64,000 nucleotides of DNA, filler included, from Basidiobolus ranarum (GCA_040143965.1; 19 parts of 19 records of this genome joined end to end with filler, not necessarily neighbours in it); one strand, 5' to 3'. Counted from the first letter of the whole stretch, positions 27,876-40,689 are shown. The notes: generated by a model not told the origin, from the sequence alone. A program made the numbers and translations.

Positions 27876-28264
27876 GGGCTCAAAACCTATTGGGAAAATA
27901 TGGGCTGTTTGGTGGAACTTTAAAAAAGTGCATTTGTTAATAGCTTTGTGAGATAATTGTTTATTGTCTAGAAATAAAGCATTTATACATTTTGGTGGAA
28001 ATACAGAAAACTAACACTGGGGTTGGGTTCAGAACATCTGTGGGAGTAAAATGAGCTATTCTTGGAGCATTTTGGATGAGTTTGAAATTTCCAATATGGA
28101 ATTGCTAATTCTCACATTTTTCACATATATATATATTATATTTTTTGATTTTCAGCTGAGTGATATTTGACTAAGTAATGTTAACTAACTTATATGTGAT
28201 ATATGAAATAGTAGGTGTATAAAGAAAGAGATAACAAATATGATAAAGACAATAAATTTCAACA
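27876..28264 (-). repeat. 5' LTR of family A (27888-28264) plus PBS (27876-27887)
   Basis: On the minus strand it reads TGTTGAAA...TTCCCAATA then GGTTTTGAGCCC. It aligns end to end with 32659-33033. Confidence 0.85.
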
Positions 28265-29198
28265 GAAAATACATACTAATAATGGTGGTAAATATACTTC
28301 AACACTATTTAAGCATTTTGCAAAGTTCATGGAATTAAGCCAGAAACTACTGCCTCCTATTCACCTCAATCAAATGGAGTTACCAAAAGAGCTAATAGCA
28401 CTATAACAGTAATGGCAAGATCTATGATTAATGCACAAGATATATCTCATAATATTTGGGTGGAATCTGTTGCTACAGCTGTATATCTGAAAAACAGGAG
28501 TTCTACTAGAAATCTGTCTAACGCTACACTATATAAAGCTTGGTTTGAAGGTCCGCATGATGTATAACAATTGACAATCTTTGGATGAATTGCGTATCTC
28601 AAAATTATGACCAAAAATTGGCCTAAATTGATCCAAAAAGTGATAAATGCTTATTTCTGGGTTATTTACTCAAAACAAGGTCTACAGACTCTTTAATACA
28701 AGAATTTCCAAGTTATTCAAGTCCACAATTGTTTTGTTAAATGAAAAAGAAAAAGCTTCATCAAAAATGACCCAACATGATGACAAGAATCAATGTTCTC
28801 CTGATCCAATCATTAAAATTGATTCAAATTAAAATAATGAAGAAAATTGAGGAGATATATATGGACAAGCCAGATGGCTTCATGGACCCAAAAGACCCTA
28901 AAAAAGTTTCAGACTCCAGAAAACACTCTATGGCTTGAAACAATCTCCAAGAGCTTGGAATATCATGATAAACACTTTTTTGGAAAAACTCAAATTCCAA
29001 AAAATAATGCTGACTATAGTATCTGCTTCAGGCTAAAGACAAATCCAGTTTTGTTAGCCAAATATGTAGATGATCTTATTATAGCAACCAATGACTTGAA
29101 GACTTTGGAGAAAACCAAATCCAGCTTATCTGCCAAATTCAAAATGACTCTCTTGGTGATCAGACATACTATCTTGGAAACCAAATAAAGATAGATAA
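28265..29198 (+). mobile_element. Degenerate Ty1/copia integrase and RT fragments (family B, internally deleted)
   Basis: HTNNGGKYTS, NQNG..KRAN and LAKYVDDLII motifs. Collinear with 61063-62540. Confidence 0.85.
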
Positions 29199-29480
29199 TG
29201 TTGAAAGTCAGGTGACTTGTGTTACATGCAGTAATTCCCAAAGAGGAAAATATGGAGTATGGTGACTGCATCTGAACACAAAGCTTAATACCAATCAGTT
29301 GCTTGTATAGCTGAAATGCCAAAGTACCATACATTGGCAGACTAGGTTAAGGTTCCCTAGCAATATAGGCAGAGCATACAAGGACTGGTAGCTCAGTGGT
29401 TAGAGCACCTTGCTTGAGTGAAGGAGGTCCCAGGTTCAAATCCTGGCCAGACCAATATTTCTCCCTAAATAATTTCAATA
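29199..29480 (+). repeat. 282-bp LTR-like unit containing a tRNA-like sequence
   Basis: Termini TGTTGAAA...TTTCAATA form an 8-bp inverted repeat with 1 mismatch. It interrupts the copia RT, compared with the uninterrupted sibling near 62540. Confidence 0.6.
29382..29454 (+). tRNA. tRNA-like cloverleaf, probably a pseudogene or element-borne; nominal anticodon TGA
   Basis: Acceptor GGACTGG/CCAGACC, D-arm GCTC-AGTGGTTA-GAGC, anticodon arm CCTTG-CTTGAGT-GAAGG, T-arm CCAGG-TTCAAAT-CCTGG. A and B boxes are intact; there is no long variable arm. Confidence 0.75.
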
Positions 29481-30441
29481 GTTTGTTATTGCAGATCAAA
29501 GAAATGGGTTTCAAAGAAAAAGGAAGCATATAATACCATTAAAAGAGGAAATGAATACTATATACTTATGGCAACCTCTAAATCAAGAAATGACTTTGCT
29601 GATATATGGATTGTGGATTCTGGTGATAGTGATCATATGAGTCATAATAGAAATGTAATTCTTGACTATAAGGAAATAGAATCTCTGGACATCATGGTAG
29701 CTGGAAGGAACAAACTAGTTGCATATGGATTGGCAAAGTGACACTTGACTTACAAATTAGTAAAACCAAAAGTGTAAAGGTAACCTTGGAAAATGTCAAA
29801 TATATTCCATCATTTGCAACAAATCTTCTTTCAATTGGAGCAATTGAAAAGAAACATTATGATGTCAAATTCAGCCAAGAAAAAGCAACCATATACAAAT
29901 CAAAGGACTTGAAAGTGGCAACTGGAACAAGAATTGGGAATCTATATCATCTAGATATTGCATTGACAATTGAGACTGTTTCTAACTTTGCAACAAGTAC
30001 TTCTGGAAAGTGGATGACCTGGCACCAGTGCTTGGGTTATTTAAACTATAATAGTGTGAACCTATTATTCAAAAAAAGCCTATGTACTGGAATGGATCTT
30101 GAGCCCTCAGATATTACCAATTGTGAAAGCTGTATTCAAGGGAGAATCATCAGAAAATCATTTCCAAAAGAAGGAGCTAGCAGAGCCAGAGACTTATGGA
30201 TCTTATTCATACAGACTAATGTGGCCTAATGCAAACTCTGACACTAAGTAAGTGACAATATTTACTCATCTTTATTGATGATAAATCACACTTCATGGTT
30301 TCATATCTTCTGTTGAGCAAAGGAGAAGTGTATCATTATTTCAAGATATATGAAGCAATGGTCACAGCCTTAACAGGAAGAGAAATCAAATACCTACACA
30401 GTAATAATGGAACTGAAAGTAGCAATGAAGCCATGACTAGC
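29481..30441 (+). mobile_element. Ty1/copia protease, GAG-pre-integrase and integrase fragment
   Basis: WIVDSGDSDHMSH, LENVKYIPSFATNLLSIG, WHQCLGY..CESCIQG, HTD.CGLM, HSNNGTE. Confidence 0.88.
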
Positions 30442-30629
30442 NNNNNNNNNNNNNNNNNNNNNNNNNNNNNNNNNNNNNNNNNNNNTTAATTAATTAANNN
30501 NNNNNNNNNNNNNNNNNNNNNNNNNNNNNNNNNNNNNNNNNTGGGATTTCAATCAATCCCACCCATACATATAAACATCACCATGACAATCAAGCAGAGC
30601 AGAATATGTGTCCGACCATTAAGCCTTTG

Positions 30630-32658
30630 GGAGTAGTTCTTGACAAAACTGTTGGCAAAAGTTTGCAAATACAAGGAAAGATTGGACATCTTTCACATTC
30701 TTTGGAATATCCCAACATAGAATAGATTCAACCCTCATATGGTCCATGGAGATGCTGATGGGCTGATGTTATATCCAAGGAAATCAACTTGAGCTTGATC
30801 AAATTCACATTTCTCAAGTTTAGCATGGAGCCCAGAGGTTTTCAACTTCTCTAGGACTTGGGAACATGACTATTATATTCTTCTTAAGAGCTTGAGAAGA
30901 CAAAGGTATTGTCGAGGTAGATTACAACAAATTAGTCAAGAGACTCTCTGAAGATATCATTCATCATCTGTTGAACAACTGCAGGGGCATTGGTAAGTCC
31001 AAATGGCACAACATTGTATTCAAAGTGTTCATAGCAAGTTTGAAAGGCAGTTTTCCATTGGTCTCCTGATTTGATTCTTACAAGATTGTAAGCACCTCTT
31101 GGATCAATCTTAATAAACACCTTGGCTGAAGCAAGCTGATCCAAGAGTGAGTTGGTCAATGGCCAGGGGTACTGTTTTTTGACTGTAATGCTATTTGGGC
31201 CTTGATAATCAACTCAGAGATGGAGGGATCCATCCTTTTTCTTAATGAACAAGATTGGAGAGCCTGCTGGGGACTTTGAATGTTGGATAAATTTTTTGTG
31301 CAGATTTTCTGCAATGTACTATTTCAGAATGTTGAGTTCTAGCTGGGTCAGCCCAAATGGTGGTTGTTTTCCTACTTGTAGATCTATATGGCAATCATAG
31401 GGCAGTGAGCAGGGAGTATATTGGATTTTTTCTTGTCAAAGACATCAGCAAAGGCTAAGTATTTTGGTGGGAGCTTATGAACAATAGGTTTTGGTGGTTT
31501 CAGCACTTCAGCAACACTGTCAATGGATATTGGCTTCCTAGATGTTTTTAGGATTGGGGCCAATGATGAGTTGGATAGTTTGCAGGTTGGCATATATGGA
31601 CTAGGAGGTGAAGTTTGCTTGAACATGATAATCTTCTTCTTCCAGTTGAAAACTGGGTTGTGCTGCATGAGCCATCAGATACCAAGGATGACAGGGTGGT
31701 GAGGTAAAGATATAATATCAAAGGCTATTTCTTCTCAATGAGCAGTGGGCACGAGCATCATAAAGATTGTCACATGTGTTACTGCACCTGATGATAGCAG
31801 CCTGCCATTGATTACTTCTACAAGGACTGGACAAGATTTTTTGATTGTTGAAATAGATTGGGATTTGAAAAAGGCAGAGTCAATAAAACAGGTGGAAGCA
31901 CCTGAATCAAGAAGTGCAGTTGTTTTTATTGATTTGGAATTTGGTAGAAGAAGTGTAATGGGCAGCTTCAATGATTGGTATAACTGCAGAGATTGCAATG
32001 TATGGTGAAAATATATTTTTTGAAGATGGTTGGCCCAACTGCATGCCCATTATGCAGCTGGGTGCTGAAGTTTTCCAATGGTTGGGAAGAGCTTTATTCT
32101 ACTTGCATATTGTTGATCTTAAATCTAGGATTCTTTTTTTGGACAGGTTCTTGCTACATGTCCAGGAGCTCCACAATAGAGGCACAGATTCTCTTGTTGG
32201 CATCAATACTTCTTCTCCGGGCTAAGCCTTCTGAAATGAGTTCTATCAATTTGCATTGGGTCATCTGCTTGAGCTATATTTTGTGTTTAATTGAAGGGAG
32301 GTCTGAAAGTAGATGAGGAAGGAGAGAAGAAAGGAGCAATATATCTTTGTTGTTGTCTCTCAAACAAATGGTTGTCACATTTAACTGCCTGATGGATAGC
32401 TTCACTCAAGGTCACTGGGTCAGCCATAGTGAGTCAAAGATCCTTAATGCTTGCTCAGAGTCCACATTGGAATTGGTTGATCAGGGCTGATTCTCCTCAA
32501 TTCAAATCACATGAAAGAAGGCAGAATGCTGCAGCATAGGTTGATGCAGGCTTTAACCCTTGTTTGAGTGAATGGAGCTTGGTGGCTAAAGTTCTATCCT
32601 TATCTGCATTTCCAAATGTGGCTTCCAGGTCATAAAGAAAGGCAAGGAAGCTTGAAAG
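30630..32658 (-). mobile_element. Degenerate Ty3/gypsy (Tf-like) gag-protease-RT
   Basis: Gag LEATFG..KLHSLKQG, protease [50 protein letters not shown]. Confidence 0.9.
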
Positions 32659-33450
32659 TATTTGGAAACTATGGGTTGTTTGGAGGAACTTTAGAAAGTT
32701 GGAGTTGTGAATAGCTTTGTGAGATAATAGTCTGTTGTCCAGAAATAAGCATTGATACTTTTTGGTGGAAATACAGAAAACTAACAATGGGGTTGTGTTC
32801 AGAACATCTGTGGGAGTAAAATGAGCTGCTTTTGGGGCAACTTGGACAAGTGTGAAATTTTGAATATGGAATTGCTAATTCTCACATCATTCACATATAT
32901 AAAATATATGTTCTGATATATAGCTAAATGATATTGGACTAAGTTATTTTAACTGACTTATGTGTAACATAGGAAATAGTTAGGTGTATAAAGATAGAGA
33001 TAACAAATATGATAAAGACAATAAACTTCAACACTCCCACTCAACTAAATATTCATATATCCTAATCCTAACTTGAATCTTTATTCTTCAAATTTTGGCT
33101 TGGGTAATGGTTTGGTAAGGATGTCAGCAATTATGTCCTCAGTTTGACAGTACTCCAGCTGGACATGCTTATTCTCAATAGCTTCCCTAACAAAGTGATG
33201 TTAAATATCAATGTGCTTACTTCTAGCATGAAATTTGGGATTTTTAGCTAAAGAAATAAAACTTTGATTATCCTTGAAAATTTTGGTGTGTGAACTTTGA
33301 AAAAGGCCCAAGTCTTTGAACAGTTTCCTTCACCACATAGAATCCTTTGTTGCATGTAATGCTGCCATATACTCTGCTTCAGTTGTTGAAAGTGCTGTGG
33401 TGGGTTGTTTCTTTCTATTCCAAGATATGGCTGCTTCACTACCATAACAG
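32659..33450 (-). mobile_element. 3' end of a family-A copia (RNase H, PPT 33034-33045, 3' LTR 32659-33033) inserted in the gypsy gag
   Basis: ALSTTEAEYMA..SKHIDI..ADILTKPL remnants. The purine tract GTTGAGTGGGAG abuts TGTTGAAG. The LTR matches 27888-28264. Confidence 0.87.
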
Positions 33451-33926
33451 AAATTTAAGGATTGTTATTGTAGGAAAACCATCACAATTTTAATCCAGTT
33501 GGGATTGACCATTTACTTACCATCATAAAATTATCAAGTTGGATTTGATTTTGATTGATTTTTTCAGTTTCAGGAGTGCAATTTCAAGATCTTGCAAAAT
33601 AGTTGCACATGATTGGCTGCAATCTCAGAGAACTATGGAGCAACATATGTGCAAAAAATGCAACTCAAATTTTGCACAATTACCACATGAACACTAATTT
33701 GTCACCTTCAAAATCCCTACTCACTTTGATATATTCTCCTGAATATTTTATAGAGTTCTTCATACCCAAGGTTTAGCTCCTACCCAACATGAGTTTGTAT
33801 CAATATCTCCATCAAAGCCCACCATTNNNNNNNNNNNNNNNNNNNNNNNNNNNNNNNNNNNNNNNNNNNNTTAATTAATTAANNNNNNNNNNNNNNNNNN
33901 NNNNNNNNNNNNNNNNNNNNNNNNNN

Positions 33927-34965
33927 TTCTCCAAATCACCTCATATTTTCACCCATGCTTAACAGGCATGTTTGTCACTGAATCAGGTAAATATTGTTCA
34001 TATTTGGCTTACCTACCATTGATTATCCATCTTAAAGCTTTGATGAAATCACCCAAATATATATCATTGATCCAATACCAAAGTACACCCATAAAGCTGA
34101 TGGTATTACCAATATACTTGATAGATATCACTACTAGAATCTGAAAAGTCAAGGTTTCTTTGAGAACACATATGATCATGCATTTGCATTGACTCTGGAT
34201 GGTTGCTCACTAAACATATATACTGTTGCAAAGTCTTGTTGATCATAGTATACAGGTGATAATGTTTTGGTACTATCAAGACATATCTCTTGGTGAGATA
34301 AAGTGAGATATGCAATATTACTCTTTTAGCCATGAGGTAATCTATTCTAGCAATGACACATCTACTTGTGGCAGGACATTTGTTGACTGCAAGTTGAGGA
34401 TGTTTTGGCTGAATTCTTTACAGAAATTTGCTAAAATACAAAAGCTTATTCATATTTAGAATGGTAACAAGAGTCAGCTATGTACCAAGTGTTAATGCTA
34501 TTCAAAATTTCAGATGTTTAGCAATTTTTCTACCATTGGTTTGCTGGTAAAGCATATTGATGTTGTTGAGTTAAGTCTGATCAGTCAAGTATATACATAT
34601 GTTGAGTCTAAGCACAATGAGATTCTTGTATTCTTTGATTCTCATTATGGTTGGAATACAGAACCTAAAATATTTAATAAAGGCATGCATATTAATTCAA
34701 ATTCCTACAGCAGCAAACCTAGTAATTTGCCATTTGAAAATTTGATTTTTGCATAACTTGCTGGAAATCAAATAATGCATTGCAAATATGAAGAACAATA
34801 TTATATCATGTAAGAATACAATCAAAATACCATCAAGAAGCCACTGTCTCACCATCAAAATTCCTGGCAGAATGCAAGCCATCAATATTGCAACAGTTCT
34901 CTGATGGTTTTGCAGTCTAGAAGGGTGAATCCAATCCAGATCAAATTGTTTTATTTTTGTCAGAG
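33927..34965 (+). mobile_element. Internally deleted CACTA-like element with its 3' terminus
   Basis: FALTLDG motif at about 34185, then the subterminal region shared with 39470-40065 and 40690-41205, ending ..TTTTATTTTTGTCAGAG. Confidence 0.75.
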
Positions 34966-34969
34966 ATAT

Positions 34970-35628
34970 GCACTGTCAAAGAAACCATGACTTTTCAAAT
35001 TCTAGTAATGCATCAAGTACATTAATAATACCATCAGCTCTATGGTGAGCACTTTGGTAACAAATTAATGATATATATTTGGGCAATTTGATCAAAACTT
35101 TAAGATGCAGAATCAATGATTTGTATGCCAATTATAAATGATATATACTGGATTCAGTGATTGCTAATTGTGTGCAAACAATACTTAACTGAATGTTCTT
35201 CACATCACCAGTGAGGTCAAACAACCATTTGGACAGGAACATAGCTTAATTTCTGACATATTATAAGTCATATGATTGACTAATGTGTTCAACTTGTAGC
35301 AGGTCTGTGGCAAGCACTAGTTGCCAATCAATTGTGGTAAAAGTGTCAGAAAAATGGTAAGCTCCTGACTGCTATATTTGGATTGAACTCTCCACTCATC
35401 AATAATCAAAGCTGCTTCCTTTAATCTAGGTATCATTGGTGGACTAAAGCTTGCCACTAACAAAGAGTTTGTAACAAAACCGTTTTCTTCTTCTTCTTCA
35501 TCTTCTAGTATATTATTATCAGTGGCCACAATAACAAGGTTAACAATCAGCAGCATGTTCTTAAAGTTTTTTGGACTTACTGGTTTGACCAAAGGTGCAT
35601 TTCTATTTATATACACCAACCTTACCAT
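34970..35628 (-). mobile_element. N-terminal part of the CACTA-like transposase (decayed)
   Basis: 35020-35160 is the reverse complement of about 33975-34110. Upstream lie a CSCPNGC cysteine motif (about 35225-35245) and an acidic EDEEEEE segment. Confidence 0.6.
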
Positions 35629-35640
35629 CAGAAACTTCTA

Positions 35641-36666
35641 ATGCCTTTCAAAAAGCATTTAATATATAAATCAAAATTGGCTTCCAAGCAAAAGCCTGCT
35701 GGCACAGAAAAAAAAACCAACAAGAACAGAGGACTTATTGATGAGCAGGCTAGCAATGCACAATACACTTTGGGAGGCAACAACATGCCCAAAACTAACT
35801 GAAGTAATGATGAAGTATTAATCAATTTACCAGATGTGTTACTCTCAAGCAATTTTGAAAGTGAAACAATCACAATACCCAAATTATGTAGTATATCAAT
35901 AGTTGTACAAAGTTCTACAGAAATATCCTTGATTCCATCACCTTGCAAATTGCCTACTTTGCCAACTATTGAACACCCTTCCACAGGCAATTTGAATAGA
36001 ATTATTATAGTAGGGCAACCTCAGTGAGAACACCACAATGATTGGTATGCTATCATAAGCAAAAGCTACAAAGTTGCTATACAGGCCATTACATGCACTA
36101 ATGCCATAATATTGCAATTAATGCAGTGTTCTGAAGCCACTAGTCATCATTTAGAGAGTCACTCCAAAATTACACAAGACTTTCAGAATGCTGTATTTGA
36201 GCTACAGCAATGTGCTGCTCCCTCTGAGCATTCTCACATGGGATTTCAGTAAGTACAACACCATACATATGGATGACAGCATGACAATCTAGCAGAGCAG
36301 AATATGTGACAGACCATTAAGCTTACACAACAAACAAAAATTGCTTGGGCACATGAAAGTAGAAATCTCATAGGAAAACCTGCAAGCCAACTGACCTGGA
36401 ATGACAGAGCTGCTATCACCTGCACTAATGATGAATGGTTTAACATTTTAGAAACTTGGTAGAATCTTGCCCAAAATCACCTCAATTTGAGCCAATTGCA
36501 GAAAAACCAAAAACCAGGTGGCACTCTGAAGATTCTTGGCTTATCTCATATAGCTTATCCTGGGCTTTTGCAAGCAAATGGCAATTGGGCTAGCATAGGC
36601 CTTTTCATGAAAAATCTTGAAAATTTATGTAATCGTTGGCTTGGAAAAGAAAGAAAAGCCGCTTAG
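35641..36666 (+). pseudogene. Decayed accessory ORF of the CACTA-like element
   Basis: One reading frame of about 340 codons with six internal stops (four TGA). Partial copies at 30542-30625 (+) and about 37800-37975 (-). Confidence 0.55.
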
Positions 36667-37308
36667 GAAGTAATCAGCACCAGTATGTTAGTAAGCACAA
36701 GGGCAAAGCAATGGAGCCAGTGAGCTTAGGGCCTACTCTCCCACTTGCCAAAATCTTCACACCATTACCAAGACCTGTGTTTCCAGATTCAGATGTACCA
36801 GCAGATTTACTGGTAAAAAGGCTTGATTTTACCTTGTAACCAAGTACACTAGTTGGAACAGAGCTAAATTTAGGAGATTAAGCCACACCAGCCACCTCTC
36901 ATTGAGCCAGAGCACTAGCAAATAGAACTCACTGCTCTCCAATCTTGACTGGTACTTTTCAGAGTGTCAAAACTAGCCCTAAACTCAAAGGCAAGCAAAA
37001 AGCCATAAAAAACTGCAAAGCACCCTCAGTAGTGTCACACTCCAAGGACATATAATAATAGTGGAAGTTCTTCAAGAGTATTTTCAAAGTATGAAGGGAA
37101 AAACACAGTGCAAGTACACAGTGAGTGGCTTCAGAAGAAGCACATCAAACCTGACATTCCGGCTGATTTTGACAATGCAGAGATCTGGGAAGAGCTTAAT
37201 ACAGAATGNNNNNNNNNNNNNNNNNNNNNNNNNNNNNNNNNNNNNNNNNNNNTTAATTAATTAANNNNNNNNNNNNNNNNNNNNNNNNNNNNNNNNNNNN
37301 NNNNNNNN

Positions 37309-37795
37309 TTTTGAGTGTCTTAAACCAGTTTTTTTGATTAGAAAAATGTTGAGAGGCTCCAGAATCAGTATACCACAACCTACTGTCTTGTTCAGAGGTC
37401 ACTGATAGGGCAGAAATCAATAGAACCTCCTCTTTGGTTGAAACCTGATTTGCTTGTTCTGACTTCCCAATTTTGTTTTAATTTCTTGATTTGCAATCTT
37501 TTAACTGGTGTCCTGGTTTGTTACAACCATTGCATAAAGCTGGTGTCCTTCTTTTGTAACCTTTGTACTTCCCAAAGCTACATTTTCCAGTTCTAAAAAG
37601 AGCCACTTCCTCATATTCTTTTTCCAAATTCTTACTTCTGAGATGTTGATCCATTAGCCAAGCCACCACAAACTCCAAAGACAACTTGTCAGATCTTGCT
37701 TCCAAAGCTGTGACCAAGTTTGAATACTGTTCCGTAGACTACTTAGAAGAGTCATAGTGACATCTTCTTCCTGTTGTTTTGCCAAAGATCTCACA
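37309..37795 (-). mobile_element. Ty1/copia gag-protease fragment (family A)
   Basis: LVTALEARSDKLS..CNGCNKPGHQLKDC zinc knuckle and WYTDSGASQHF. Near-identical to 27156-27470. Confidence 0.88.
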
Positions 37796-37979
37796 GTAGC
37801 TCAAGTACAGCATTCTTAAGGTGTTTTATCATTGTTAAGTGACTCTGTAACTGTTGGCCAGTTACTTTGGTGCACTCCATTAACTCTGACATTGCAGCAT
37901 TATTGATTGTCATGACCTGTATAGCAACTTTCTAGCTTTACTCATAATTGCATACAAACCAAATAACTCACCATAAGGA

Positions 37980-40065
37980 TGATGGTATTACTAGTATACT
38001 TGATTTATATCACTAGCGAAATCTGAAAATTGAGGTTTCTTTAAGAATATATTTGATCATGCATTTGCATTGGCTCTGGATGATTACCCACTAAACAAAT
38101 ATACCATTGGAAGGGCTTGCAGGCCATAAATTTTAATTCACTAAAACTTTCCTCCTCCAAATGGTATAACAGTCATAAAAGTTTGAAACTATCAATGATA
38201 TCTTGGATTTAAATTTCCAGTGCTATATAGATAGCTTCTTGGCACCTTTATTGCAGAATTCAAAATGTTATCTAATGGGGTTCAAATGGGTGATTATTTT
38301 TTTCAGGCTAATATCACTATATGTATTAGTGACACTCCTACCATTAATAAACTTGGAAATGTTTCCACGCACTATGCTCTATCTTGCTCTAGATTTGTAA
38401 AATCAATGGAGCTTACTCTTCCAGGCATATGCATTACTACTATTCAAATAATACACTAGACTCCATGATTTTGCCATCAAGAGCCTGGTCAAATTACAAA
38501 ATGCTCACTAAAAGTGATTCACCAAATATCAGTCTGACATCAAACTTGTAATTATCCATAAGCCTAAGTTTATATCTCTAAAGGGGTTCAGCTGGAGCTA
38601 TAGGTTCCCCTTTGTCACTAAGCACTTACTATTCATTAACATTCCAATACCACTTACTCAACTTTATAGCCAAAAAATCAATATGAATATGCCATTTGAA
38701 ATAGGATCAAAGTATGGATTCATTTGGAAAATGCTTGAAAACATGCAGATATTTTCACTTCAATCAGCACTCCCATCAATATCCACTCATCTAGGTGTTT
38801 ATTCTACTGCAAAGACTGGCAGTATTGAACTTGTTCATATTGCAGTGGAATCTTCAAAAATATTTTGCCTGAAAAGTATTGGCAACATTGGGAGTTGTTT
38901 GTGGATAATGTGAATTTATACTTAAAGCATCAACTTACATTGTCAGATCTCATGCATATACTGTGACTGTGCAAAGATTTTAGAATTGGATATGAAAAAC
39001 TTTATTTCAGGTTTGAAGAAAATAGACTTAATCTATGGTGGGATTTAATACATTCCTTGCTGCATCTTTGACAATGCTTAGATTATATGCCCTTGCTATA
39101 CATTCTGGGAGTACCCAATGGAGCACACCTATGGTTAAATAATGCTCCTTGTGCAATTTTAAGTAATACTGCATGCTAATCTGATTAACAATGTATCAGC
39201 AAAATCAGTGATGGATTTAATATAGTGGGTCCAGAAGACTCCAAAGTATATGAACCTTTTGACAAAGGGCTCTTTTCAAAATGCACACAGGCTTTCACAT
39301 TGTGTGAGCATAATCACAGCAACAAAGCCCAATGAATGGACCCATAGTAAGTATCTCAATAATTTGGACTAATTTGTTTGTGCAATAATCTGATGGTATT
39401 TCTAGGAAATCTGCAAGACAGACCTCTTGGTGAAATATAGCAAGATACACAGTATTAATGTTGTTGCCATGAGGTTATCTATTCAAGCAATGACACATGT
39501 ACTTGATGCAGGACATTTGTTGACTACAAGTTGGGGACATCTTGCTGAATTTGTGACACAAATTTGCAAATCCAAGAGCTTAGTCTCATTGTGGATGGTA
39601 ACCAGAGTCCACTATTTTCCAAGTGTAAGTGCAATTGAAGTTTTAGATGTTTAACAATTTTTCCACTATTAGTTTGGTGGTAAAGCATACTTATGTTGTT
39701 GCATAATGTCTGACAAGTCAAGTGTGTGCAAATGTCCAGATTAAATATAATGAGATTGTTATTTTTTTTGATTCTCATTATGTCTGGAATACAAAGCCAA
39801 AAATAACTGAATAAAGGCATGCATATTAATTAAAATTCCTTCAGCAGTAACCTATTAATTTGCCATTTGAAAATAGTTTTTTACAAACATTGTGGAAATA
39901 AAAAATTCATGCCAAATATGAGTATCAATTTTATACCAAGTACAAAGAACATTTAAATACCAATAAGAAGCCACCATCTCATCATCAAAATCCATGGCAG
40001 AAAGCAAGACACAAAATATTTTGATGGTTCCCTGATGGTTTTGCAATCCAGTAGGGTGGACCTAA
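37980..40065 (+). mobile_element. Decayed CACTA/EnSpm-like transposase with 3' subterminal region
   Basis: FALALD, IDSFLAPLL, ISDTPTINKL..CSRF, NMPFEI and WEYPME remnants are typical of the Transposase_21/tnp2 family. Confidence 0.8.
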
Positions 40066-40589
40066 CCCAAACAAAAATAAAATCAATTTGATCCGGATTG
40101 GATCCACCCTCTGAAAGAGCAAAACTGTTGGAGAACTGTCACAATATTGGTGGCTTACATTCTGCCAGGGATTTTGATGATGTGATGGCAGTTCCTTGAT
40201 GATATTAATAAATGTTAAAATATTGATCCTCAAATTTGGCATGTGTTATTCAATATCCGGCAATTTTTGCAATAATACCATTTTTAAATGGCAAATTACT
40301 GGGTTTACTGCTGTAGGAATTCAAATTAATATGCAGGCCTGTATTTAAATATTTTAGGCTTTGTATTCCAGCCATAATGTGAATCAAAAAATACAACAAT
40401 CTTGTTATTTTTAGTCTCTACATAAGTACATACTTGACTTATTAGACATAACTCAACTACATCAATATGCTTTACCATCAAACTAACCGTGGAAAAGTGG
40501 ATAAACATCTGACTTTTTCAATAGCACTGACACTTTACAAATAGCTGACTCTTGTTACCATTCACAATGAGATTAAGCTCTTGGATTTT
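40066..40589 (-). mobile_element. Inverted 3' terminal fragment of the same CACTA-like element
   Basis: Reverse complement of about 39570-40060 and of 40690-41200. Confidence 0.8.
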
Positions 40590-40689
40590 NNNNNNNNNNN
40601 NNNNNNNNNNNNNNNNNNNNNNNNNNNNNNNNNTTAATTAATTAANNNNNNNNNNNNNNNNNNNNNNNNNNNNNNNNNNNNNNNNNNNN

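Noticed and set aside
29382-29454. tRNA-Sec or UGA-suppressor tRNA
   Set aside because: The loop triplet is TGA, which reads UCA; Sec or suppression needs anticodon TCA. There is also no long variable arm or extended acceptor stem.
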